Shown piece by piece: positions 41,551 to 50,234 of a stretch of 64,000 bases of DNA. The stretch comes from an uncultured Gemmatimonadales bacterium (lineage in GTDB: Bacteria; Gemmatimonadota; Gemmatimonadetes; Gemmatimonadales; GWC2-71-9). The notes beneath the pieces are model-generated. The model saw nothing but the letters and a program-made list of their open reading frames with translations, was not told where the DNA came from and did not search any database. Made by a program: the position numbers and the translations under genes. The DNA lies in contig CAVOGR010000001.1 in NCBI GenBank assembly GCA_963695555.1, positions 256,001-320,000 of the forward strand. The letters run 5' to 3'. The first letter of the stretch is position 1. Each line of letters begins with the position of its first letter.

Positions 41551-42345
41551 CTACGCGACCGTGCGCTTGGACGGCACGCCTCGGGCCACGGTCCGAGGGA
41601 AGATGCTGGTGCGAATGAGCATCCAGCGCAGGCGAAGCACGCCTTTGATGTCTTCCCAGGCTGTGCGAGCGATCTTCACTCGGCTATCGTCGTCCTCGAT
41701 CCATTCGACCGGTATGTCCTTGACGCGGTACCCCTGCTTCTCGGCCAGGACGAGGAGTTCGGTATCGAAGAACCACGACTCGTCCTTGATCTGGGGGATG
41801 ATCTCGTTCACCGCCCGCCGGCTGACCGCCTTGAAGCCGCATTGGGCGTCACTGAACGAGGTCCAGAGCACCGCCTTGATCAGGAGGTTGTAGGTCCGCG
41901 AAATGAACTCCCGGGAGGAACTGCGCGTGGTGCGCGAGGCTTTCATGAGCCGGGATCCAGTCGCGACGTCGTATCCCTCCTCGAGAATCGCGCCGATGAG
42001 CTTGGGGAATGCCGGCAGTTCGGTCGAGAGGTCGACATCGGTGTAACACACAACGTCCGCGTCGCTCTGGGTCCACGCGTACCGGAGTGCCCGGCCCCGC
42101 CCGCGTTGGGTGAGGTGGAGGAATCGGACATCGTCGAACTGATCGGCGAGCCGGCGGCCAACCGCATCAGTGCCGTCGGTCGAGCCGTTGTCGACGATCA
42201 AGACCCGCCAGTCGTACGGAAGATGATCTCGGAGGAAGGTGCGTACCGTCTGGACGCTCTTCTCGAGAACGTGCGCCTCGTTCAAGACGGGGATAACGAT
42301 GTCGGCGCGCGAGCGCGCTGTGCGTTTGGTTGAGTCTTGTGTCAT
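41551..42345 (-). CDS. GT2 polyprenol-phosphate glycosyltransferase (dolichyl-P glucosyltransferase-like)
   Basis: IPVLNE, VDNGSTDGT, GRGRAL, YTDVDLS, DAQCGFKA and WFFDTELL. Start MTQDS follows GAGGGAG. Confidence 0.88.
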   Translation of the reverse strand: MTQDSTKRTARSRADIVIPVLNEAHVLEKSVQTVRTFLRDHLPYDWRVLIVDNGSTDGTDAVGRRLADQFDDVRFLHLTQRGRGRALRYAWTQSDADVVCYTDVDLSTELPAFPKLIGAILEEGYDVATGSRLMKASRTTRSSSREFISRTYNLLIKAVLWTSFSDAQCGFKAVSRRAVNEIIPQIKDESWFFDTELLVLAEKQGYRVKDIPVEWIEDDDSRVKIARTAWEDIKGVLRLRWMLIRTSIFPRTVARGVPSKRTVA

Positions 42346-42534
42346 GCGGTGACTCACTCCCTCGGTCGGACGTTGTGGCGGCGTGGCCCACTGTTGTGGA
42401 TTCGCGACACGGAAGTGGCCCCGTTCGGTTCCTGCCGGTGGTTGTCCGTCAGTCGAACTAGACATAACATATTATGGATCAATAGGTTACACAACTCTGA
42501 CTCACGGTTGGACCTCTCCGCTCCCCCGGGAAAG

Positions 42535-42550
42535 AGCAATATCAGTACCA
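42535..42550 (-). promoter_or_regulatory. Putative sigma-54 promoter
   Basis: Minus strand reads TGGTACT-GATA-TTGCT, intergenic and upstream of the gene starting at 42345. Confidence 0.65.
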
Positions 42551-42562
42551 GTCTTCGGTAGG

Positions 42563-44077
42563 TTAGGGGCTCGGATGGGGCCTTGCCGATGTCCGGCCGA
42601 CCCTCCAAATGGCAAGAACCGCGAGGCCCCCGAGCCCGAGCAGCAGGAATGGGGCAATGCCCGCGGCCGGGCTCTCAGCGTAGCTCGTTGAGGCTCGGGA
42701 AAGGGTGGTCAAGGCTGGCAGCTGAATCCCCTGGGACACGATGGTCTCGAGCACTCCCATGATGCTGCGATCTGGATAGGGCACGCGCACTATCGCCATG
42801 GCCCAGGCCAGCGCGAAGGAGCCTATCCCCACGGGCCAACTGATCCAGCGCGGCAGCCGGATCAATACGGCAATCGTGAGCAGCGTAAGCAACGGAACCA
42901 CCGGGATCACATAGCGAATACCCGTGATGTACTGCAGTTGGGTGTACTGCACCGCACTGAAGAACACGAGATAGGACAGCGCTATTCCGAAGAGCGTCAC
43001 GGTCTCCCGCCATGGGATGATGCTGATGCCCTTGATATTGAGCCATGGGGCGAAGAGGGCGAGCGACAGCGCCGGGGCGGTGATGAAGAGGCCGAAACGC
43101 GGATCGAGCAGGAGCGTCCAAAACAGCTCTTCCTGTGGGCCGGTGACACCTTGGTATCCGAGATTGCTCCATTCAACCGGAGGCATGTGGTGCTGCGGGG
43201 GATAGAACGGAGTGCCGAAGGCCGACCACTGATAGAACCAGAGGAGCAGGATGGGACCCACCGCCCCGAGGCTGTACCAGGCAGCGGCTTTGAGGCCCGT
43301 GGTCCAATCCTCGCGATGACAGTATCGCCACACGGCATAGAGCCCACACAGTCCGACTGCGAGCGCCCCGCTGTAGTCGCAGAGGAGGGCCATCCCGGCG
43401 CAGAGCCCACCCCACACCAGCCGCGTGCGTGTCCCGAGGCGGAACTGCTGTCCCGGATTCCACAACAGAGCGAACGCCACGAAGCCGAAGATCGCAACGG
43501 CCAGATTCTGATTCAGATATCCGGTTCGAAAGAAGATCGGGGTGCCCAACGCATAGAACAGCGCACCGGCGAGCGAGGGAGCGGACCGCAAGCCAGTGCC
43601 AAGAAGTACACGGTACATGATCACTGCGCCGAAGGCGCTGAGCGGCGCCATGAAGAGCACCACCGTGATGAGGCCTACGAGGCCGAACTTGATGTCCAGC
43701 CCCCGCTTCCTCACCTCCTGATAGAACCGCACGCGGGCCGGGCGAAGATCCTGAAAGCGAGCGCGTGCCGTGTCCCCCTCGGCCGACCGGGCAGCCACGA
43801 CCCTCCGGACGATGGGATCGGTAATGGGGCGCAGGAGGAAATAGGGAATGGCGGCCATCATGGAAATGCCGGGGTTCGCTCCGTGATAGGCATGTCCGTC
43901 CGGGAGTTGAAAGATGTCCGGATGTAACCCGTAGTACTCGTCGAGGCGGAAGCTTCCCTGCTCGGCGATGCTGACGACCAGGTAATGCTCTCGGGCGAAA
44001 TCCGTCGCAACATGCAGGCTGAAGATCACCCAACACGTCAGGAACAGACGGATCGCAATCCCTCGTGCAGGCATCAT
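42563..44077 (-). CDS. Multi-pass membrane protein, GT-C-like
   Basis: About 12 hydrophobic segments, a large first loop, and LLLDPRFGLF and GIRY motifs. Confidence 0.6.
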   Translation of the reverse strand: MMPARGIAIRLFLTCWVIFSLHVATDFAREHYLVVSIAEQGSFRLDEYYGLHPDIFQLPDGHAYHGANPGISMMAAIPYFLLRPITDPIVRRVVAARSAEGDTARARFQDLRPARVRFYQEVRKRGLDIKFGLVGLITVVLFMAPLSAFGAVIMYRVLLGTGLRSAPSLAGALFYALGTPIFFRTGYLNQNLAVAIFGFVAFALLWNPGQQFRLGTRTRLVWGGLCAGMALLCDYSGALAVGLCGLYAVWRYCHREDWTTGLKAAAWYSLGAVGPILLLWFYQWSAFGTPFYPPQHHMPPVEWSNLGYQGVTGPQEELFWTLLLDPRFGLFITAPALSLALFAPWLNIKGISIIPWRETVTLFGIALSYLVFFSAVQYTQLQYITGIRYVIPVVPLLTLLTIAVLIRLPRWISWPVGIGSFALAWAMAIVRVPYPDRSIMGVLETIVSQGIQLPALTTLSRASTSYAESPAAGIAPFLLLGLGGLAVLAIWRVGRTSARPHPSP

Positions 44078-45129
44078 GGGCTCTGATGCGCCTCGAGGCT
44101 TACAGCCTTGCCCGAGGCAGTGCTCCGGTACACCGCGTCGGCGATTTCCACGGCGCGAAGCCCGGCGACTCCATCCGCCAGCGGGACACGGTTATCTCCG
44201 CCGAGGAGCTTCACGAAATCCCGAAGCTCGTCCTGGAACGAGATGAGCGCGGTAGAAGTCCAGCTCTTGAGCTTCTCGCGTAGGATGATCTCCGGGTACA
44301 GCTTGATCTGGCGCTTTCGAGGCCCTCCGGGCTTCTCCTGGGTGATCAGGAGATTGAACATCGGAGCGTAGTACCCACGCACCATGCCACGGTCACCATA
44401 GGCTTCCACATGGAAGCGGTACCCCTTCCATTCGGTCCATGTCGCCTGATACACGGCAGGAATGCCCGCGGGGCTCTTGAGGACGGCGATGGCATTGTCC
44501 TCCGAGCCCACGATCTTCCAGATATTATTGCTCGCAAACCCGTAGACCTCGGTTATGTCGCCGAGTAGGTATCGAGCCAGGTCCGTCATATGGATACCGA
44601 CGTCCATCATGGCCCCACCGCCGGAATCCGGAGCCCGATATTGCCAGTCGGCGCGGAAATTGGCGAGACCGTCATGCCCGCCGAAGATGCGGAGGTGGTC
44701 GAGTATCCCGATGCGGCCCTCATCAATGGCCTGCTTCAGGAACTTGATGCAGGGGTAGTACCGGTGGTTGAACCCCACGGCGAGGTGTGCGCCGGTTCCG
44801 GCCGCCGCCGTCAGCATGCGACGGCACGACGCAGTAGAGTTTCCCAATGGCTTTTCGCACAGCACGTGTTTTCCGGCGCTCAGTGCGGCCGTGACCTGTT
44901 CCGCATGGTCTGGCAGCGGACTGGACACGATCACCGCATCGACCGGGGTCTCGAGCAACTGCCGGTAATCCCGGAAGACCTTGGCCTGGGTCCCGCGGGC
45001 TGCGCGTTCCGCGTGCTCGGGCTTCGGATCTGCCACGGCGATCAGTGCGGTATCCGGATTGTCCCGGATGCTCTGTGCGCGAAGCGTGCCGATGATTCCT
45101 GCGCCAATGACACCGAATTGTATAGTCAC
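44074..45129 (-). CDS. Gfo/Idh/MocA-family oxidoreductase
   Basis: GVIGAGIIG, HVLCEKP, VGFNHRY and GGGAMMDVGIH. Confidence 0.9.
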   Translation of the reverse strand: MTIQFGVIGAGIIGTLRAQSIRDNPDTALIAVADPKPEHAERAARGTQAKVFRDYRQLLETPVDAVIVSSPLPDHAEQVTAALSAGKHVLCEKPLGNSTASCRRMLTAAAGTGAHLAVGFNHRYYPCIKFLKQAIDEGRIGILDHLRIFGGHDGLANFRADWQYRAPDSGGGAMMDVGIHMTDLARYLLGDITEVYGFASNNIWKIVGSEDNAIAVLKSPAGIPAVYQATWTEWKGYRFHVEAYGDRGMVRGYYAPMFNLLITQEKPGGPRKRQIKLYPEIILREKLKSWTSTALISFQDELRDFVKLLGGDNRVPLADGVAGLRAVEIADAVYRSTASGKAVSLEAHQSP

Positions 45130-45148
45130 CGCTGCTCCTCCGGTCCAG

Positions 45149-46573
45149 TCAATCCTCTACCACGTGAGTGGCAAAGGTTTCGCGATACCTCTTCCACGAC
45201 GATTGATCGAATCCTGCAGGTCCCAGACAGTCAGCGGCCGCGTACGCCATGGCCAGGGCATGGTGGGTGTTGTCATGGGCAAAGAGGCCCTGACGGCCAT
45301 AGCTCAGCATGTTGGGTAACGACGACGCCCACTGATCGAGGGTCTCGAAGGCGCGCTCATAGCCGGTCACGTAGATCGGGTATGCCTGTTGCAACCGCCT
45401 CACATGAACCCGCGTCGGCGGTGCGGGAAGCGGAATGCCCGCCCGGTCCAGATCGACCGCGATGAGATTCCCGAGGCTCGCTTCGTCCATGGCCCAGCAC
45501 TCGTCGGTGACGGCGCAGGGGAGTTCCGCGCACAACGTCGTCTTCCCGTGCGGCTCCTCGAGCGCGGCGTAGTTCTTGGGCTCCGACATCCGCGTCATGC
45601 GGGTCTCGACCCCGGGGAAATAGTGGGCGTCGAATTCGGTGAATCGGTCGACCGGGAGCTCGAGATAGACCAGAATCATCGCGCGGAACCGAAGCGCGGC
45701 TGCCGCCTCCGCGACAGGGCGCGGCGCCGGTGGACTCATTGCGCGAGCCAAGACGGGAATCGGGATGGTCGACCAGAGGTAATCGGCGTTGACCGTTTGG
45801 ACCTCGCCGTCCCGGCCTGCTTCCACCACCCACCCCTCGCCCGAGCCGCTTCGTCGGGTGAGCTTGGTGACCGGGTGTCCGAAGCGAAACGTGGCGCCTA
45901 GGTCGCGCGCAACAGTGGCGTACGCCTCCGAGATCTGACCGTACCCGTGGCGCGGGTAGTAAAACCGGCCGCTTCCCGGCGGCTTGAAGCCCGGCACGGC
46001 GTTCATCACCTTCCGAATGAGTTTGCCGAAGGAGCCGGCCGACACGCGGCGGCGGGCCTGGATGGCGGACAATTCCTCTGGATCGCACCCCCAGATCTTG
46101 CGGGCGTAGGGGAAATAGAAGTCGTGACAAATGGTGGGGCCGAGGTTCGCCAGCAACACGCCGGCAAAGGTGTCCTCGGTATCGACCGACTGTCGGAGCA
46201 GCTTTCGGACGGCATCGCGCGCCGTTCCGAGGGCGAAGCCAGGGTCCAGTCGCAGCACGAGGTCGATAGGGGTGAGTGGAAAGTGGATCCACTTTCCCCG
46301 CAGGCGAATCCGGCCGTGACGCGGCCGATCCAAGAGATCTTCACCCAGTAGCCGGCGAATGTCGGCCAAGATGGTTGGATCACATGCCGGGTGGAGCCGA
46401 TGGCTGCCGTAATCCAGTCGCTGGCCGCCAGCTTCGAAGCTGGCGGCATTGCCGCCGACCACGGCATGCTGCTCGAGAACTGTGACGCGAGCCTTGGCAA
46501 GACGGCGGAGTTGATAGGCTGCTCCGACTCCGGCCGGCCCGGCGCCGAGGATGACCACATGGGGTTCAGCCAT
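45149..46573 (-). CDS. FAD-dependent oxidoreductase (paralog of 8087-9580)
   Basis: ILGAGPAG, DYGSHR, YARKIWG, AYPIY and GRQGLF.HDNTHH. Confidence 0.85.
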   Translation of the reverse strand: MAEPHVVILGAGPAGVGAAYQLRRLAKARVTVLEQHAVVGGNAASFEAGGQRLDYGSHRLHPACDPTILADIRRLLGEDLLDRPRHGRIRLRGKWIHFPLTPIDLVLRLDPGFALGTARDAVRKLLRQSVDTEDTFAGVLLANLGPTICHDFYFPYARKIWGCDPEELSAIQARRRVSAGSFGKLIRKVMNAVPGFKPPGSGRFYYPRHGYGQISEAYATVARDLGATFRFGHPVTKLTRRSGSGEGWVVEAGRDGEVQTVNADYLWSTIPIPVLARAMSPPAPRPVAEAAAALRFRAMILVYLELPVDRFTEFDAHYFPGVETRMTRMSEPKNYAALEEPHGKTTLCAELPCAVTDECWAMDEASLGNLIAVDLDRAGIPLPAPPTRVHVRRLQQAYPIYVTGYERAFETLDQWASSLPNMLSYGRQGLFAHDNTHHALAMAYAAADCLGPAGFDQSSWKRYRETFATHVVED

Positions 46574-47534
46574 GTGAGGAAACCTTAGCCGAACGCCACA
46601 CCGACTCGCTCACGCCCGCCTCAGAGCCTGACCTACGGAGCACCAACCACAGCAGCCCCCCGAGGAGCCCGCCCGCAATCAGCACGGACTGCCACACCAA
46701 CGAAGCGGCAACACCCACCGACGGTCGAACGCCAAAGGGGACCAGCAAGGCGGCGAGCGTGGCCTCCCGGACCGCGAGCCCGCCGAGGCTGATCGGGAGC
46801 AGGCTAACGACTTTGGCCAGCGGCCAGACGAGGAACCACACCGCAAGCGGGACTCGGATGCCGACGCCCGCGCCGAGCGCGGCGTTGAGCAGCACGAACC
46901 CGCCCTGGATCGTCAGGGAGAGGGCGAGGATGGTGATGGCGGTTCCGGGCCGGCGCGAGATCCGGCGGATCGCGACCATGCTCCGGGCGACATGGCGTCG
47001 GACCTTCTTGGGCCATTTCGCGAGCGGCCGGCGCAGCGCCAAGGGCAAGGCGATGACGGTCACCAACACCCCGATCACACCGGCGAGGCCAAGGAGTTGC
47101 GCCCAGAGCCCTGGGAGGGCGGTGCGGGCGGTGAGTGCACCGGCGGCGACCAACAGGCTTAGGGCGACGACATCGCTCAGTCTATCGACCACGCCACCCC
47201 ACACGGCGGCCTCGGGACGCCGTGTCGCCTTGGCGGCGAGCGCCGCTCGAAGCACGTCGCCGCCGACGATGCTCGGCAGACACAGATTGGCGAAGAGTCC
47301 GGCCGCATAACACTTGGCTCCATCGAGCGCGCCAAGCCCGCCTCGCCCGGCGTTCACCGCGAACCGCCACTTGAACACACCGATCGCGTGCCCGAGGACG
47401 AACCCACCGAGAACACCGAGCCAGAGCGGGGCCGAGAGGCTCGCGAATGCCGTCCGCAGCTCGTGCCACGGCAGAACGACGAGCAGGACCGCGAGTAACC
47501 CCGCGCTCAACGCAACGCGGTGCCACAGTTTCAT
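46566..47534 (-). CDS. Lysylphosphatidylglycerol-synthase TM-domain (flippase-like) protein
   Basis: FANLCLPSIVGGDVLR, VVDR and LPISLGGLAVRE motifs. Confidence 0.82.
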   Translation of the reverse strand: MKLWHRVALSAGLLAVLLVVLPWHELRTAFASLSAPLWLGVLGGFVLGHAIGVFKWRFAVNAGRGGLGALDGAKCYAAGLFANLCLPSIVGGDVLRAALAAKATRRPEAAVWGGVVDRLSDVVALSLLVAAGALTARTALPGLWAQLLGLAGVIGVLVTVIALPLALRRPLAKWPKKVRRHVARSMVAIRRISRRPGTAITILALSLTIQGGFVLLNAALGAGVGIRVPLAVWFLVWPLAKVVSLLPISLGGLAVREATLAALLVPFGVRPSVGVAASLVWQSVLIAGGLLGGLLWLVLRRSGSEAGVSESVWRSAKVSSHG

Positions 47535-48454
47535 CGGTGCATCGCGATCCGCGCGTTTTGGTCTGCCAGAAGCCCGACCGACCAGACGAGCAGCGCACCG
47601 AGCAGGGCGAGCACCGCGCTCTCGGACAGGTTGTCCCTGGTGACATCGAAGGCGAACTTGGCCAGGCCGGCCAGCGCGAGGATGCCACCCAATGGCAGGA
47701 ACACCCGCAGCGGATTGAAGAAGACAATGGTCCGGAGGATGAGCAGCGTGAAGTCGTACGCGTGCCGGGGCCGGATTTTGGACTTCCCGAGCCGGGGGTG
47801 GTAGTTGATCTGATGATAGGCCACCGGGTGCCCGTTACAGGCGGCTGCCAAGGTGATCGTGGTCGTGAACGAGAACCCGTCGGGCAGGAGATGTGCGTAC
47901 CGCTGGACCAGAGACTTTCGCATGAGCCGGAGCCCCGAGTTGATGTCCGGCAGTCGTTCTCCTGCCAGGTAACTGGCCAGCCAGCGCAAGAACCACTTCG
48001 CTGGGCGGCGCACCAGCGGGATCTTGACGTGTTGCCCGGTCCGGGCTCCTACCACCATTTCGTGTGACGGGGCAAGCTCGAGCAGGGCGGGGATCGCGGC
48101 GGCCGGATAGGTGCCGTCCGCATCGGTAATGAGAATCCATTCGTGCCGGGCCGCCTCCACACCCAACTTGAGCGTCGCCCCGTAGCCGCGATTCCGAGCC
48201 CGGCGGAGCACCCGGACCCCCGTGGTGGCCGCGGCCTCGGCGGTGCCGTCGGTCGACCCGTCGTCAACTACGAGAATCTCGTAGGACCACCCGGTGTCTT
48301 GCAGTGCCTGCTCGACTTCCCGGACCCCATCGGCCACATGACCGGCCTCGTTGAAGGCTGGAATGATGACCGAGACCGCCCGCTTCAAGTTTTCGAGGCT
48401 GGTATCGCTGACTTCTTCGATCCTGCTCGGAGCGGGAGAGCCTACGTGTGTCAT
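47531..48454 (-). CDS. GT2 polyprenol-phosphate glycosyltransferase (DPM1/GtrB-like) with C-terminal TMs
   Basis: IPAFNE, VDDGSTDGT, NRGYG, TDADGTY and DINSGLR. Start MTHVG overlaps the upstream stop. Confidence 0.88.
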   Translation of the reverse strand: MTHVGSPAPSRIEEVSDTSLENLKRAVSVIIPAFNEAGHVADGVREVEQALQDTGWSYEILVVDDGSTDGTAEAAATTGVRVLRRARNRGYGATLKLGVEAARHEWILITDADGTYPAAAIPALLELAPSHEMVVGARTGQHVKIPLVRRPAKWFLRWLASYLAGERLPDINSGLRLMRKSLVQRYAHLLPDGFSFTTTITLAAACNGHPVAYHQINYHPRLGKSKIRPRHAYDFTLLILRTIVFFNPLRVFLPLGGILALAGLAKFAFDVTRDNLSESAVLALLGALLVWSVGLLADQNARIAMHR

Positions 48455-50115
48455 CGCGTCACCATTACAACGACGGACCCGCCCCCAATTGTACCGGGGA
48501 ACACGGCCGCCGTGTCGTATGAGGTTTGGAGATGATACCAAATGTCCGGTTGAACGGCCGACAAGCGGACAGGGAAAGTATACAGCACCCACGTCCGCGT
48601 GTGACTCTGCTCGATGGTGCGAAGGGCCTCAATGCTCGCGACGGAGTCCCAGCTTCGGTTCAGGAAGTCCCGGTACGGGTAATTCGTCAAATCGACAGTC
48701 ACGACCGCATCATTGCTTCCCATGGAGGTCTCGACCAGCTCTGCGGCCCCGGCGAAATCCTGTTTTGGTCCCCATGCCCGCGGCACGGTGAGTGCGCTCA
48801 GCAGAGCGACGGTACTCGCGAGACCCGTTGCGACAGCACGGGCGCGGGCAGGCACGAGGGCGTCGCTGATAGCGAAGATACCGCGGATCGCTATGAGCAC
48901 GCCGAATCCTGCCGAGAAGAAGAAAAGCCGCGGCCACAGATTATGAGCAAGCATCACTGCCGCTGCTGCGGTGAGAACCGCCGGCAGCACCATGAGGACG
49001 GCAACCGGTGGGCTCCGGCGCCAGAAGCTCACCCAACCGCTCGCGGCCACCACCAACCCCATCACGAGGATGATCGGCCCCCCGGGGAACCCCGTGCTCA
49101 GCCCACGGAGCGACTCGGTCAGAAGCCAGATGGGGTTTTGCCATTGGGTGGCATGGCTCGGGCCTCCAGATCCCAACAGCGTCCCGGCCAGCTGGGGCAA
49201 CACCAGCGCGTACAAGGTCAGGGAGAAGCTCCCGGCGCAGGCGAGCGCCCACAGTGTGGGCAGGACGGCGGCGCGGGTTGCCTCGCGGCGATTGTGCCAG
49301 ACGAGAACCATCCAGATGACGGCGTGAGCTGCAACCACGAGGACTGCCGTCAAGTGGACGTAGATGGCCAGCGCCATGCTCAGTCCATACCAGAGGATGG
49401 CTCTCCACGTTGGCTGTGCGGTGGACACGAGCCTGAGAAACGCGGCGGTTCCCACCAGTGTGCCCAACAGGAGTCCGGTGTACCCTCGGGCATTTTGGGA
49501 GAACCAGACATGGTGGTAAGAGACCGTGAGGAGTGCAGTGGCCAGGAAGGCCTCCCGCTGCGAGGTGACCCGGCGACCGAATTCGAAGAGGGCCCAGATG
49601 CTCAACACGCCGAGGACGGCGGCCGGTAGACGAAGCGCGAAGGCGCCTTCCCCGAACGTCATCACGGACAGTTTCGCGAGCAACGAGTAGAACAGGTGGT
49701 TGTTCTGGCTATCGTAGGTCGAGATGATGTGGCTCAGTGGATACCGGACGTAGTCAACCAGGGTCTGAATCTCGTCGAACCACAGCCCGCCCCCGAGGTG
49801 GGAGAGACGGAGCAGAGCGGCGACGAGCAGGGTGATTCCCAGGGCAAGCTGCCAGACCGGTTCCCTGGGCGAGCGGGCAATCGGAAGGGGCGTGGCCAAG
49901 GGGCGTTCGACCGAGTGCCAGGGCCCGGTCCGCCAGGCGGCGAGCGCCAGGAGGGCTAGGGTCAGGAGGATTCCCTTGAGCAACCAGACGCCGGTGATCA
50001 GCGTGCCCTCGACGACGCCCGACCCGCCTGCCAACAGCGCGGCCAAGCCGCGGACTGGGAGGGTCAGCGCGACTAAGGCCGAGACGAGGGCGAGACTGAT
50101 CGCAAATGGTTTCAT
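48451..50115 (-). CDS. GT-C fold (GT39/ArnT-like) glycosyltransferase
   Basis: GLWFDE, NNHLFYS, ALRLPA and FSQNARGY motifs. Confidence 0.85.
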   Translation of the reverse strand: MKPFAISLALVSALVALTLPVRGLAALLAGGSGVVEGTLITGVWLLKGILLTLALLALAAWRTGPWHSVERPLATPLPIARSPREPVWQLALGITLLVAALLRLSHLGGGLWFDEIQTLVDYVRYPLSHIISTYDSQNNHLFYSLLAKLSVMTFGEGAFALRLPAAVLGVLSIWALFEFGRRVTSQREAFLATALLTVSYHHVWFSQNARGYTGLLLGTLVGTAAFLRLVSTAQPTWRAILWYGLSMALAIYVHLTAVLVVAAHAVIWMVLVWHNRREATRAAVLPTLWALACAGSFSLTLYALVLPQLAGTLLGSGGPSHATQWQNPIWLLTESLRGLSTGFPGGPIILVMGLVVAASGWVSFWRRSPPVAVLMVLPAVLTAAAAVMLAHNLWPRLFFFSAGFGVLIAIRGIFAISDALVPARARAVATGLASTVALLSALTVPRAWGPKQDFAGAAELVETSMGSNDAVVTVDLTNYPYRDFLNRSWDSVASIEALRTIEQSHTRTWVLYTFPVRLSAVQPDIWYHLQTSYDTAAVFPGTIGGGSVVVMVTR

Positions 50116-50151
50116 ATCTGGGAGTTAGGGAGCCATGACGGGCCAAGTCTC

Positions 50152-50167
50152 AGCAATGTCCGTTCCA
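50152..50167 (-). promoter_or_regulatory. Putative sigma-54 promoter
   Basis: Minus strand reads TGGAACG-GACA-TTGCT, ~40 bp upstream of the ATG at 50115. Confidence 0.65.
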
Positions 50168-50234
50168 CCGCTCTGACCACGCGCTGTGCCGGTCCATGGA
50201 AGGAGAAGTTGTGGCGCAATCGCAACGGTCAAGG

